This document shows, piece after piece, positions 10,206 to 21,700 of a stretch of DNA of 62,724 nt (its first letter is position 1; every line of letters begins with the position of its first letter). The DNA is taken from the NCBI GenBank assembly GCA_947492885.1, contig CANLPK010000006.1, positions 1 through 62,724 of the forward strand, given 5' to 3'. The position numbers and the translations under genes are program-made. The notes under the pieces were generated by a model. The model searched no databases, had not been told where the DNA came from, and saw nothing but the letters and a program-made list of their open reading frames with translations. Source of the DNA: Bacteroidota bacterium (GTDB lineage Bacteria; Bacteroidota; Bacteroidia; UKL13-3).

Positions 10206-11870
10206 CTATAATATTTGAATGCGATGGTATTCTTTCAAACCATGATCAAATAAGGAAATCATATAGATTCCTGGAGGATATGAACTGAGGTCCATTTCAA
10301 AATGGGGTAAGTTAGTTGCATTAAATTCATCTTGTAATCTTCCTTGCATATCGAAGATTTGCACTTGTGGACCATCGTACTTATTGCAGGTAAGATGAAT
10401 AATTCCATTACTTGGATTGGGGTAGATGCTGCATAATTCGTTAGGTAAGGGGCCTGACATTCCCAAAGTATTCGATCGAAGACGGGTAACGAACATTTGA
10501 AAAATATTTGAATTACTCAAGGTGTCATTGCCAAGAGGCAGACTGATACTATTATAGCTTCCAGTAATAAAGAGGTCGGAGTTTTGATACACAGCAATAC
10601 TCAAAGCATCATCATTATTTACACCACCCGAAGTCATTACTGATAAAACATTTCCTGATGCATCGTACTTGGTAATGAAGAGATCGTCGTTTCCTCTATT
10701 TGATTGCGTGATGCTTCCAAAGGTAATGGGTGCAGTATTGTAGGAGCCTACTTGAAATACATTACCAGCAGCATCTACAGCAAGCGAATAGCCAATATCA
10801 TCTTTGGTGCAGTTGGCATTTTTCGCCCAAAGTACCTTGCCTGAAGCATCATATTTTACAATGAATTCATCATACGAATTGATTCCAGAATTAGTAAGCG
10901 TGGTGGAGCCAAAATTAATGGTTGCCCCTTTAAAATATCCTGTAGCAAAGCAATTATTACTTTGATCAACAGCAATTCCAAAACCAATATCTAAAGCCGC
11001 GGTCCCCGAGCTCTTAGTCCAAAGGCATACTCCTGTGGAGTCAAGTTTCGTGATGAATATATCATAGTTGCCATTTGTACTAATGATTCCAGATCCAAAA
11101 TCGAGTGCAGCACTTGAGAAGGATCCTCCTAAATAGACATTGTCATTACGGTCAATAGCAATAGAAGCAATGCTTTCGGGAGAGAAGCCTCCATAATTTT
11201 TAGCACGGAGTATTTGGCCGGCAGGACTGAATTTTGCTAAGAATATATCTTCATATCCGGCATTCACGTTATTCACCGCAATGCTTCCGAAATTGATTAA
11301 GGGGCTTTTGAAATTCCCTGACAAATAAGAATTCCCTTTACTATCAGCTGCAATTGTTAAGGCTTTATCGTCGGCAGTTCCACCCATGCCTTGAGCCCAA
11401 ATTACCGTGCCACTGGGGTCATATTTAACGATGAAAATATCAGCTAAATATTGGGCGGAATTGGTAAGGGTGGTAGTGCCAATATTAATTGTTGGACTTA
11501 GGTACCAACCGCTTACGATAATATTTCCTTGAGGGTCGGTGCATATTCCAGTGCCCGATTCGGTGTTCATTCCACCTGCACTGCGGGCCCATTGAACGGT
11601 GCCATTGGCATCATATTTTACAATATAGAAATCGGCAAAGCTATTGGTGATATTGGTTAAGCTGATATTTCCAAAAGTGGCTGTTGCACCAAAAAAGTGC
11701 CCGGTCACATATACATTCCCATTCTTATCAACTGCACTGGCATTGCCATAGGTATTGTTTACCCCCGTTTGGTTGCGTGCCCAAATAAAGGATTGAGCTT
11801 GGATAGTATTTATTGGGAAGATTCCAAATAAGAGAAATACAAAAATCTTGAAAGGTAAATTTTCACGCAT
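10206..11870 (-). CDS. T9SS-secreted SBBP beta-propeller repeat protein
   Basis: About 7 repeats of AVD..GNVYVTG.F...DIFIVKYD..G...WA; IYPNPS CTD. Confidence 0.9.
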   Translation of the reverse strand: MRENLPFKIFVFLLFGIFPINTIQAQSFIWARNQTGVNNTYGNASAVDKNGNVYVTGHFFGATATFGNISLTNITNSFADFYIVKYDANGTVQWARSAGGMNTESGTGICTDPQGNIIVSGWYLSPTINIGTTTLTNSAQYLADIFIVKYDPSGTVIWAQGMGGTADDKALTIAADSKGNSYLSGNFKSPLINFGSIAVNNVNAGYEDIFLAKFSPAGQILRAKNYGGFSPESIASIAIDRNDNVYLGGSFSSAALDFGSGIISTNGNYDIFITKLDSTGVCLWTKSSGTAALDIGFGIAVDQSNNCFATGYFKGATINFGSTTLTNSGINSYDEFIVKYDASGKVLWAKNANCTKDDIGYSLAVDAAGNVFQVGSYNTAPITFGSITQSNRGNDDLFITKYDASGNVLSVMTSGGVNNDDALSIAVYQNSDLFITGSYNSISLPLGNDTLSNSNIFQMFVTRLRSNTLGMSGPLPNELCSIYPNPSNGIIHLTCNKYDGPQVQIFDMQGRLQDEFNATNLPHFEMDLSSYPPGIYMISLFDHGLKEYHRIQIL

Positions 11871-11967
11871 GAAATTTTATTTCTAATAAAGGACCAATCG
11901 ATTTCACACAAAGATATCGGTTGACTTAATATATAATTGTCATAAAAAATTGAAGTTCCTCCTTCAA

Positions 11968-13377
11968 CTATGAGAGAGCAACCGATTTGCTTGCAGTTTT
12001 GTTTTTCAAAGAAGCAACCAGTGCAATGAAATTATCTAGGTCGGATTTGTTGGTGGCAATACCAACCGATACACGAGTGGCCCCGCGCATTTTTCCAAGA
12101 TATTTAGTCATGTCGGTATAATTACCATTGTCACGGCTTACAAAGTATTTTGAAATTTCATCATTGGTGATGCAATTATTAATTTCATCAATACCTGGAT
12201 TGCAGAAGCATCCCGAACGAATTGAAATTTGTTTGGCATTGGCCATCATTTCTATTTCTTCAAAAGGAAATGTGTTTCCATCTATATCGAAGAAATTCAT
12301 AATGATATTTCCACCTCTGTTTTCCGGTTTCTCAGTGCCAAAGGTTTTTACGATGATACGACCATTATCGTGGTTGAGTTTTTTCAGTTCGGAACTAAGA
12401 TATTGAATTAAGGAACGCACCCGCTTTGTTATGCGATCCATGCCAATTGATTCAATATATTCTAATCCAATTTTTACTGCTGGAATATTATTATAATTCA
12501 AGGTGCCATCCTCAAAGCGTTCATGACCACCGGCCAAAAATTGATTCTGTGCTACAACAGATACCATCGTTACTGTACCTCCTGCAAACCAAGGCTTGGT
12601 GAGCTTTGCAAAGGATGATTTTTTAATAAACAAGCCACCAATTCCGGTAGGATAGCCAAAAATTTTATAGAACGATATCGAAACAAAATCGGGTTGCACT
12701 TTGCGAAGGTCGAGCTCAGAGGTGGGAACAAATGCCGCCGCATCAAGTAATACATCGAAGCCTTTGCTTTGTGCATAGGCGACCCATTTTAAATTATGCT
12801 TGATACCTGAAACATTCGATTGTGCTGGATAGCCAAATAAATTATTTCCTTTTGGAGTTTCATCAATTTCCTTTTGAAGAAGATCATCATTGATTCTTAA
12901 ATCTTCGTATTGAAGCGGGATATAATTGGTAACACCACCTTTCCGATTACAGTACTCACGAATTCCATTTACCGAATTATGGTTATCACTAAGCAACATC
13001 AGTGTGCTTGTTTCGTTGAAAGGATAACTCTCTCCTACAATTTTCAAAGCAGCAGAAGCATTTTGGGTGAATACAAAAATATAATCCTCTGCATGAAAGA
13101 AGGAGATGATTTTAGACCGTGTGGCTTCCACCAACTCGGTAGATTTTCGAGAAGTGGGATTTGTTGAATGTGGGTTGCCTAAAATATTGTCAAGCAACAG
13201 CGTTTGATGTTTGAGAACTTGAGAACGCGCGTATAAATTCCCCCCAGTATAATCGAGGTAAGTTTGCTTTTGGGTGTCCAAACTAGCATATTCCAGATGC
13301 CTTAATGTATTGAAAAAGGATTCTTCTTTTTCTTCCAGTTCAGCAGGTATTGCTATTCGGTTAGGAGCTTCGGTCAT
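11968..13377 (-). CDS. Class V PLP-dependent enzyme resembling the NifS-like domain of molybdenum cofactor sulfurase
   Basis: Motifs YLDYTG, GNPHS, DAAAF, SFYKIFGYPTG (PLP Lys), FAGGTV, RFEDGT and RSGCFCNPG (catalytic Cys). Confidence 0.85.
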   Translation of the reverse strand: MTEAPNRIAIPAELEEKEESFFNTLRHLEYASLDTQKQTYLDYTGGNLYARSQVLKHQTLLLDNILGNPHSTNPTSRKSTELVEATRSKIISFFHAEDYIFVFTQNASAALKIVGESYPFNETSTLMLLSDNHNSVNGIREYCNRKGGVTNYIPLQYEDLRINDDLLQKEIDETPKGNNLFGYPAQSNVSGIKHNLKWVAYAQSKGFDVLLDAAAFVPTSELDLRKVQPDFVSISFYKIFGYPTGIGGLFIKKSSFAKLTKPWFAGGTVTMVSVVAQNQFLAGGHERFEDGTLNYNNIPAVKIGLEYIESIGMDRITKRVRSLIQYLSSELKKLNHDNGRIIVKTFGTEKPENRGGNIIMNFFDIDGNTFPFEEIEMMANAKQISIRSGCFCNPGIDEINNCITNDEISKYFVSRDNGNYTDMTKYLGKMRGATRVSVGIATNKSDLDNFIALVASLKNKTASKSVALS

Positions 13378-13564
13378 TTCGATTTTTTATTTTCGTTGAC
13401 AATTTCAGGAAACAGTCTTTAACAAGGTAACTGCTTTCACGATTCAAAGAAACAAAAAATTCAACGACTAAGACATGATTTAATCTAAATTGATTGTCAA
13501 TGATTAAGATTTCATGGCTTCTGCCATGCCAATATCATCGGGTGTGATGATGATTTTCTATTTA

Positions 13565-13750
13565 TCAGAGGATACAATCAGAATGTGGGACCGGTTTGTT
13601 GTCGGCTACCTTTTTCGCCAATTCAATATTACCTGAGATATTTTCAATGGTGCGTAAAATGCTTTTTGAATACGAGAAAAGTATGCCACCAGCGTAATGA
13701 TAGTAGGCAATCTCATTAGATATTAATAGATACTCTTTTATGTTTAGCAT
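13565..13750 (-). pseudogene. Short ORF, probably a truncated remnant of a small Bacteroidota hypothetical protein
   Basis: 61-aa ORF with its own -7 element (TATCTTCG, 13769-13776). The N-terminal part (GILFSYSKSILRTIENISGNIEL) reads as protein-like, then ends abruptly. Confidence 0.3.
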
Positions 13751-13894
13751 TTATTTTCTTTTACTATGCGAAGATAGAAAGCTGCAATTAATTGAATCAA
13801 TTAGTTGCCCCAGTTAAAATGAAATACAAAAATCAAGCACATAGGGTGAGGGTAGTATACCGCAAATTGATGTAATATTGTACTACAATTGATT

Positions 13895-16852
13895 ATGCGA
13901 TTTTCATTTTTTAATAAATTGTTTCTACAAACGAAGATTTTCATCCTCTTCGTAATGATCTCGTTTATTGCCAATGCCCAGAAATATAATTTTGTAAATT
14001 ATTCAGTAGATGATGGACTGATTCAATCGCAGGCGAATAATTTATGCCGCGATAAAATGGGCCACCTTTGGGTTACAACCATGGGGGGAGTGAGTTGTTA
14101 TGATGGACATACATTCAAAAATTACACTACAAGCAATGGGTTATTAAGTAATCTTGCGTATGCTGTTGTATGCGATTCGCAAAACAATATTCTCATCTGC
14201 ACCGATAAGGGATTGTCGGTATTTAATGGGCGCTCATTCAATAATTATACCTTTCGGTATAATAATAAGGATCACAGGGTAAACGCCGTGATACTGCAGT
14301 CTAATAACGATTACATGGTATTGGCAGGGGCTCGATTGTTTAAAATAACCAAACGAATTGTAAATCCATTAGTGGTTAATAATGATACTACATTGCAATT
14401 CACCGCGCTTGCTCAAGAAGGAAATTTAATCATCGCTGCTGCTTTCAAGAAAGGGTTATATATCAACGATAATAATCAATGGCAACAGCAGGCTTACCCA
14501 ACAACAGGCAAAGGGGTTTTCTTTGTGAAGAAAATTGAGTCGGCAAAAAACAAGATATGCTATTTCCTTACTACTGATGGGATATTTGAATTTCAAAATC
14601 GTGTTTTGGTTCGTGCCGTTTTGCCTGACGATATCCATCAAATGAATGATATTGGAAGTATTGCATCCGATGATAAAAACAACTTGTGGATGGGGACTTT
14701 TCGTGGTGCTTTGGTAGTGAAGCCCAACCAAGAATTTCATTATTATAATAGCACCAGTGGTTGCACCGACAATCGTATTTCTTCTATTTTAAGTGACAAC
14801 GATGGGAATATCTGGCTAGCCACCGATGGACAAGGTGTTTTTCGTTATGCCATCTGCCCATTTACTTATTTCGATGAAACCAATGGCCTACCACATCCTG
14901 TGGTAATGTCGATTGTGCGTGGAAAGAACGGTGAAATATACACAGGGACTTATGGAGGAGGATTGGTGAAAATTATTGGAGATAAAATAGAGAAATATTC
15001 TTTGCCTAATAGCTCTGTGGCTTCTCAGCAAATATTAACTGCCACTTTAGATGCTAAAGGTATGTTGTGGGTAGGTACCCAAGACAATAAAATATGGAAA
15101 TTTGATGGTTCTCATTTCTTGCCTGTAGCGCACGATAATGACATGCCTCCAGGAAGTATCAGTGAGCTCTTTTTCGACGACCACCAAAGGCTTTGGATGG
15201 CAACGCAGTTTGGATTCGGGTTTATTGATAATGGAAAATTTAAATTAATCAAATCGAACGAATTCACTTGGAATTTTGTGCAGGCTGGAGCAGATAGCGT
15301 GATGATTACGACCATGAATCATTTGATGCTCTATACAGCGGATACCTGCTTAATAATTTCTCAAAACGAACATGTCAAAAAGAGTGATGTTACCGGAGCA
15401 GTAAAAGGATTTGATGGTAATTTTTTATTGATGACGAACGGTTATGGAATTTTGTTATGGAACATGGCGCTCGATAGCGTGATGATGAGTATCACAACTA
15501 AGGATGGTTTAAACTCCGATTTTATTTATAATATTAAACAAGATAAACAACATCGTTTTTGGATTGGAACGGGTGCGGGAATCAATAAAATAGCCTATGA
15601 TAAGGCGTTTGGTAAATACCAGATTTCTAGTTATGGCAGGGCAGAGGGGATGTTCGGACAGGAGTCGAACAAATCGGCGGTGATGCAAAATGAAGACGAT
15701 AAAATTTGGTTTGGAACAACCAAGGGGTTATTTATTTACAATGAGGCCGACGAGCAAACGGTGAGGTATCCTTCTCAAATTATATTGCAAAATGTAAAGC
15801 TTTTTTCACAGGCAATTCCTTCGGGGCAATACAACGATAGCCTGAGCAATTGGTACAATATCCCAATCAATCTCAAGTTGCCACATACTGAGAATCATTT
15901 GACCTTCACCTTTACCGCCATCAATTTTAATAATCCCGATAAAATTAGCTATCAATACATGATCGAAGGATTGGAGAAAGTATGGTCGGAGCCGAGCATT
16001 GAGAATACTGTAATTTATCCTTCAATTCCTCCGGGGAAATATATTTTTAAGGTACGTGTTTATAATGCTGCCACACCAGAACTTGAATATCCGTTTGAAA
16101 TTAAGGCACCTTTTTATTCTACCATCTGGTTTCGCCTTATTATTGTAGCCTCTCTAATACTTATTGGTGTTGGGATACAGGCATTACGCAATTTCAATAA
16201 GAAGAACAAGGAAAAAGAGTTACAGAAATTGCGTGAAGAGGAGCAAAATAAAGTACGTCAAAGAACTGCAGAAGATTTCCATGATGAGGTAGGTAATAAA
16301 TTGACACGAATTAGTTTGTTAGCAGACATATTAAAATCGAAAACAGATAACGAGAGCATCATCAGCTTGACGGATAAGATTAAAGATAATACCAACGAAT
16401 TATATACAGGTACCAAGGATATTATTTGGGCATTAAACCCCGAAAATGATAATCTCACCGAAATGCTTTTATACTTAGAAGCGTTTGGCAATAATTTAAT
16501 TCAAGACACCAACATATCGTTTGCTGCTTCGATGAATCCTGCAGAAACCAATGGAATCATGCTTCCTATGGGTTATAATCGCAATATTACCATGATTTTT
16601 AAAGAGGCGATGAACAATGCCTTGAAGCATAGTGGATGTACCGCAATGAGCTTGCATTCTAAACTTATTGCCCCAACACAATTTGAAATTAAATTCACTG
16701 ATAACGGTAGTGGTATCGAATCCAATACTTCTAAAAAAGGAAATGGATTGCAAAATATGCAACAGCGCACTTCTCGTATCAATGGCTTATTGGCAGTTAA
16801 TTCCAGCCCATCAGGAACCGTCATAATACTCACATTAAATTTACCTCAATAA
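13895..16852 (+). CDS. Sensor histidine kinase with Reg_prop beta-propellers, Y_Y_Y, HisKA_3 and HATPase domains
   Basis: Repeated DGL.../D..G.LW.GT propeller motifs, YQYMIEG...PPGKYIFKV, TM, EDFHDEVG, KEAMNNALKHS, DNGSG and GNGL. Confidence 0.92.
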   Translation: MRFSFFNKLFLQTKIFILFVMISFIANAQKYNFVNYSVDDGLIQSQANNLCRDKMGHLWVTTMGGVSCYDGHTFKNYTTSNGLLSNLAYAVVCDSQNNILICTDKGLSVFNGRSFNNYTFRYNNKDHRVNAVILQSNNDYMVLAGARLFKITKRIVNPLVVNNDTTLQFTALAQEGNLIIAAAFKKGLYINDNNQWQQQAYPTTGKGVFFVKKIESAKNKICYFLTTDGIFEFQNRVLVRAVLPDDIHQMNDIGSIASDDKNNLWMGTFRGALVVKPNQEFHYYNSTSGCTDNRISSILSDNDGNIWLATDGQGVFRYAICPFTYFDETNGLPHPVVMSIVRGKNGEIYTGTYGGGLVKIIGDKIEKYSLPNSSVASQQILTATLDAKGMLWVGTQDNKIWKFDGSHFLPVAHDNDMPPGSISELFFDDHQRLWMATQFGFGFIDNGKFKLIKSNEFTWNFVQAGADSVMITTMNHLMLYTADTCLIISQNEHVKKSDVTGAVKGFDGNFLLMTNGYGILLWNMALDSVMMSITTKDGLNSDFIYNIKQDKQHRFWIGTGAGINKIAYDKAFGKYQISSYGRAEGMFGQESNKSAVMQNEDDKIWFGTTKGLFIYNEADEQTVRYPSQIILQNVKLFSQAIPSGQYNDSLSNWYNIPINLKLPHTENHLTFTFTAINFNNPDKISYQYMIEGLEKVWSEPSIENTVIYPSIPPGKYIFKVRVYNAATPELEYPFEIKAPFYSTIWFRLIIVASLILIGVGIQALRNFNKKNKEKELQKLREEEQNKVRQRTAEDFHDEVGNKLTRISLLADILKSKTDNESIISLTDKIKDNTNELYTGTKDIIWALNPENDNLTEMLLYLEAFGNNLIQDTNISFAASMNPAETNGIMLPMGYNRNITMIFKEAMNNALKHSGCTAMSLHSKLIAPTQFEIKFTDNGSGIESNTSKKGNGLQNMQQRTSRINGLLAVNSSPSGTVIILTLNLPQ

Positions 16853-16853
16853 T

Positions 16854-17489
16854 ATGCAAATTCAACACACACCCATCACCGTTGCCATCATTGAAGATGA
16901 TAGTATGATTCGCGAAAGCTATTCTTATCTCATTGCCAATTCCGACGGATTTGAAGTAGTTGGCGCTTATAAATCGTATGAAGAGGCTGCCAAAAACTTT
17001 CTGAATATTCGTCCGGATGTAATTTTACTGGATGTTGAATTGCCCGGTATCAATGGAATAGAAGCACTTCCAAAAATAAAAAAACTATTGCCAACAGTGC
17101 AGATATTGATACTCACGGTATATGAAAATAATGAAACAGTGTTCGACGCATTGAGTCAAGGAGCCTCGGGATACTTAACCAAAAACACTTCTTCAAATAA
17201 AATTATTGAAGCAATTAAGGAAGTATTAGAAGGAGGGGCGCCCATGAGTGCAGGCGTTGCAAGACTTGTTATTAATTCATTTCAGCGCAATCAAAATTCC
17301 CCTTTATCGAAGCGCGAAACGGAGGTTCTCGAAAATGTATCCTTGGGAAAGAGCCGTCGCCGTATCGCCGATGAATTATTTATTGATATGGAAACAGTGA
17401 AGACGCATATCAAAAATATTTATCAGAAGCTGGATGTACACAGTAAGGCGGATGCTATTAAGACTGCAAAAGAAAATAAGTTTATTTAG
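16854..17489 (+). CDS. NarL/LuxR family response regulator
   Basis: IIEDD, LLDVELP, GYLTK and HTH LSKRETEVL...TVKTHIKNIYQKL; begins 1 nt after the kinase. Confidence 0.95.
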   Translation: MQIQHTPITVAIIEDDSMIRESYSYLIANSDGFEVVGAYKSYEEAAKNFLNIRPDVILLDVELPGINGIEALPKIKKLLPTVQILILTVYENNETVFDALSQGASGYLTKNTSSNKIIEAIKEVLEGGAPMSAGVARLVINSFQRNQNSPLSKRETEVLENVSLGKSRRRIADELFIDMETVKTHIKNIYQKLDVHSKADAIKTAKENKFI

Positions 17490-18694
17490 AAGGCCTTCTC
17501 TCTTTTTCCTAACCAAAAAAATCCCAAGGCAGTAATTAGGCTAAGCACCATAAATACTTCAAACATGGTGTCGAAGCCATATCGGCTAGCAATGCCCAAA
17601 CCTAGCATGGGAGCTGCAATATTAGCCAATCCATAAGAGATTGAATACAACGCAGAATATTGTCCTTGCCTTTCTTTGTCGGCCCTAGAAAGCGAGTAAT
17701 TCATCATGAATGGCATCGCAAAAATTTCAGAGAAGGTAATGATGAGCGTATACATGATGGCCCATATCATGAGTCCCTGACCGAGTTGTAAAAACAAAAA
17801 GGAGATGGGAATACAAACTACACCAGCGATGATGAACGGGAAAATTTTCTGCTTCTTTTCCAAAAATGCGATGAAAGGCATTTCTATAATTACTACTAAT
17901 AATCCGTTTAATGCAAGCAGTAGTCCAATGGTGCCTTCATCATAATGGCTCACCGTATTGAAGTATTGCGGAATGCTTGCGAATAATTGAAAGAAGCAGA
18001 TGCCGTAGAAAGCTACTAGCACAATAAATGTAAGGTAGGTTGTATCGCGATAAGCGGAAGTGCTCGAATCGTTCAAAACCACGGAAGGTGTATCCTTTGG
18101 AGCATTTTCCTGTTGTGGTAAATAGCTGTATAGCATCCATGCTGCTGCCATGCTTGTGAGTGCATCCACTATAAAGAGCCATTTATAACCCAAGTAAAAT
18201 GCAATGAATCCGCCGGCTGCAGGCCCTACCGAGAATCCTAAATTCACAGCGAGTCGCACCAAGGATACAGAGCGTGTTCTGTTTTCTGGAGTGCTAAAAA
18301 GTGATATGGCTTTTGAATTAGCCGGTCGAAATATATCGGCAGTAAAAGCATATACAAAAATCACTAGTGAAATGGTGAGAGGTGTAGTCGCCAATAACAT
18401 CAATAGTAAAATTCCACCGCTACCTAGCAGCGACCAAATCATGATATCGAAATAGCTCCTTCTGTCGGTGAGCCATCCTCCAGCATAAGAGCCGAGTACA
18501 CTTCCAATGCCATAGAAACTCATGGCAATGCCTGCATCGCCAATACTAAAATGCAATTCTTTGGTAAGATAAAGTGAAGTGAAAAGTAAAACCATCGAAC
18601 CGCTTCTGTTAATGAACATAGCCACCGAGAGTATCCAAACATTCTTTTGAATATTGGCAAATGAATCGCGATATAAATGAAACAGGCGGGTCAT
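17486..18694 (-). CDS. MFS transporter
   Basis: About 12 hydrophobic segments and motif A-like GGWLTDRR. ATG 18694 supported by the -7 element TACCTTTG at 18705-18712. Confidence 0.9.
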   Translation of the reverse strand: MTRLFHLYRDSFANIQKNVWILSVAMFINRSGSMVLLFTSLYLTKELHFSIGDAGIAMSFYGIGSVLGSYAGGWLTDRRSYFDIMIWSLLGSGGILLLMLLATTPLTISLVIFVYAFTADIFRPANSKAISLFSTPENRTRSVSLVRLAVNLGFSVGPAAGGFIAFYLGYKWLFIVDALTSMAAAWMLYSYLPQQENAPKDTPSVVLNDSSTSAYRDTTYLTFIVLVAFYGICFFQLFASIPQYFNTVSHYDEGTIGLLLALNGLLVVIIEMPFIAFLEKKQKIFPFIIAGVVCIPISFLFLQLGQGLMIWAIMYTLIITFSEIFAMPFMMNYSLSRADKERQGQYSALYSISYGLANIAAPMLGLGIASRYGFDTMFEVFMVLSLITALGFFWLGKREKAF

Positions 18695-18784
18695 GGGAGG
18701 GCTGCAAAGGTAAGACTGCACACCTAAAGAATGCGACTAAAAAAGTAAATAGAAAATAAACTGACGAATCTTTTACGAAGATTT

Positions 18785-21700
18785 TTATTCCTTCACAAAT
18801 TTCATTGTTGGATAATTGCCAATTTGAATCATATAAACCCCTGCCGAGAGCGCGCTAATGTCTAATGACGTGAAACGCTCACTGATATTGCCTTTTAGTA
18901 AGGTCTTTCCGAGTAGGTCATATACACTGAAACTCATTAACACCGTTGGTGATTGAGGTACTTCAAGCGTTAATTTCTTATTCGCCGGATTAGGATAAAT
19001 CAATGGCAACGATACTTTAGGTGTTGAATTTATTCCAAAGGCATTACCACAAGGCGCATACGTTGCCGCGCCAGCCGATCCTCGCTTACAATACGATTTG
19101 TAGTTATTCGCCAAATGATATTGAGTTGAATCTTTAATGAGTTCTAAAGTATAACCTATACCATTAGCCAGCGAATCCCACGGTTTGAACGAACTATATT
19201 TCCCTACTTGTAATACATGATTCTGTTCGTCGTACACAGTCAGCTCATGCACACCCCCACTGAGATTTAAATTTGGGAAAAGCAATTTATTATCAATAAA
19301 CGAATGGTATTTATTGAAAGCAATGGTGTCTGAACATAGCACCAAATAAGAGTTTGGAGAGAGTGGCTTTGCTAGTGTTAAGCTTTGAAAGGTATCGCCT
19401 GAACGTAATGTGATTTTAGAAATGCTGGTGCTGATATTGCTATTGAAATATAGCTCCAGCCATTTGCCATCATTGGCGACAGTTTGTGAAGCATAATTTA
19501 TTTCACTAATAATTACAGGATCGATACATGGTACATAAGCTGCCCCTGGAGAACCCATGAAACAACCCGCTTGCCAATGGTTTGTGCTCGTTTGTAGCAC
19601 ACGAGTTCCATTGCTCTCTAATGTTTTTCCTCTGCCATGGGTAGTCCAAGGCCATGTGTCATCATTGGCATAAAAGGCCTTACAAGACATCATGCCCGAA
19701 TAGTCGAGTAATATTATAGAATCACTGCTCTTGCTCAGGCTGAGAGGTAAGAGGCTGTAGTTATTCATGCCAGGATACACCGCATGGAACTTTGCCGTAT
19801 CGATAGTCCATACCCAATAGCTATTGGCTTGAATACTTAAATTATCAATGACCCAATATTCACCAGTAGCATTCAATACCACCCAGTTTTTCAGATTCAA
19901 CGCTTGATTCTGATTATTGTGTAATTCAATCCAAACGCCACTATTATTAAATGTATCCGACTGATAATTTATTTCACTGAAGGTGATATTGGCATTGAGT
20001 GCCGGACTGCAAGGTGTTAGTCGTTGGGTGCCAGGAGAACCTTTGAAACAGCCTATAGTCCATATTTTAGGGTCGATTTGAAGCAGAGAATCATGAATTA
20101 ATTCTAATGTGTATCCTTGTCCTCTGGCCGTTTCCAGGCCAATTAATGTGGGGTTGTATCGAACCGTACTTTTCAATACTTTATTTTGAAAGATAGTAAT
20201 GGTATTCGCGATGGTATCGAGTTTAAAATTGCTACTTCTAACATTCGAGATGAATGGATGTTGATTTCTAAAACGGATTGAATCACTTGCTATCACAAGG
20301 TAGTTTCCTGCACCAATGCTTGTATTTATTTTTAAGGAATCGTTTTGATTAAAGTAAAATACATAGTTACTGAGATTGATTACTGCCGTTCCCGAGTTTT
20401 TTAATTCGAGCCAAGTGCCTGAATTAGCCAAGTTGCCAGGGTTATAATTGATTTCGGAAATGATGAGTGCAGATTTGCTACATGCGCTGAAAGGCGCTCC
20501 AGGAGAGCCATTCAAGCAGCCGACATTCCAAGCAGCCGCAGTAATACTGTTTTTTGAAGTATCTATTTTTTCTAAAGTATAACCACCACCATTGGCTCCT
20601 TGTGCCCAAGTGGTATCATTACTAAAAAATGCCTTACATGCCTGAAACCCTCGAGGGTCGTATATCTTGATTGAATCGCTTGTCGTATTGTACAAGTTAT
20701 TCGGGATGAATAGGAATTTGAAGACTGATGGATATTGATTTTTGAATTTGACAGAATCGGTTATTAAAACCAAATAGTCATTCCCCCCAATAATAGTGTT
20801 TGATGGGAAAAGGATATTCTTCTTTAGGTCGGAAGCGGTTAAATACCAGCCTGAAACATCTTGTGGCGTTGTGCTTCGATTGTGTAATTCTATCCAGAAT
20901 CCACTATTGCTATGTGCTTCCGAACGATAATTAATTTCACTTATAGTTAAATTAGAATTCAATGAAGGAGTGCAAGGCAAACTTGCTGCACTGCCCGGAG
21001 AACCCCCAAAGCAGCGGGTTGCGAAGCTGCTTGCGTAAAATATGTTTGCCGAGTCGTTAGTTGCTTCTAGGGTATAGCCATTGCCCGCGGCACGAATAGG
21101 AAACGGAAGGGTATCCAAATATTGAACATTTAGCCATTGCACTGCGGTATCAAAGAGTTGAATGATTTCGTTTTTGTTGCTGAATGTTGGTGTATTTGAA
21201 AAGCGCATTCCGCTAATGAAAGGGTTGGCTGTTACAAATCGCACGGAGTCGTAGGAGACGCCTAAATACTGACCGGGGAGCAAATTGGTATTCTTTGGAA
21301 AGGTGTATTTTGTGGTATCGCCTGACTTTCGGAAATAATAGTGATTGAGATTTAAACTAATAGTATCAGTATTTTTCAACTCTAGCCAAAATCCTTGATC
21401 GAAGGCACTCGACGATTTATAATTTATTTCACTGATCATCAAAGGCGCTCTATCGCATTTCGAATAAGGCAATCCGGGAGAGCCTTCGAAGCAACCATCG
21501 AAATAGTTAGATGTTATATTTAAGTTGCTAGTGTCGAATTTAAGTTCCCTTGTCTTTCCTAATCCAAAGGCCTCTGAACCCATTGCTGCATTGAGTTGGT
21601 AGCTCATGCGAATAAATACATTGCCGTTAAAATCCTTAAATATCAAGGAGTCGGAGCTTGCGTTAAACTTCCATTTATTCAAAACATAGAAGCCGCCCAT

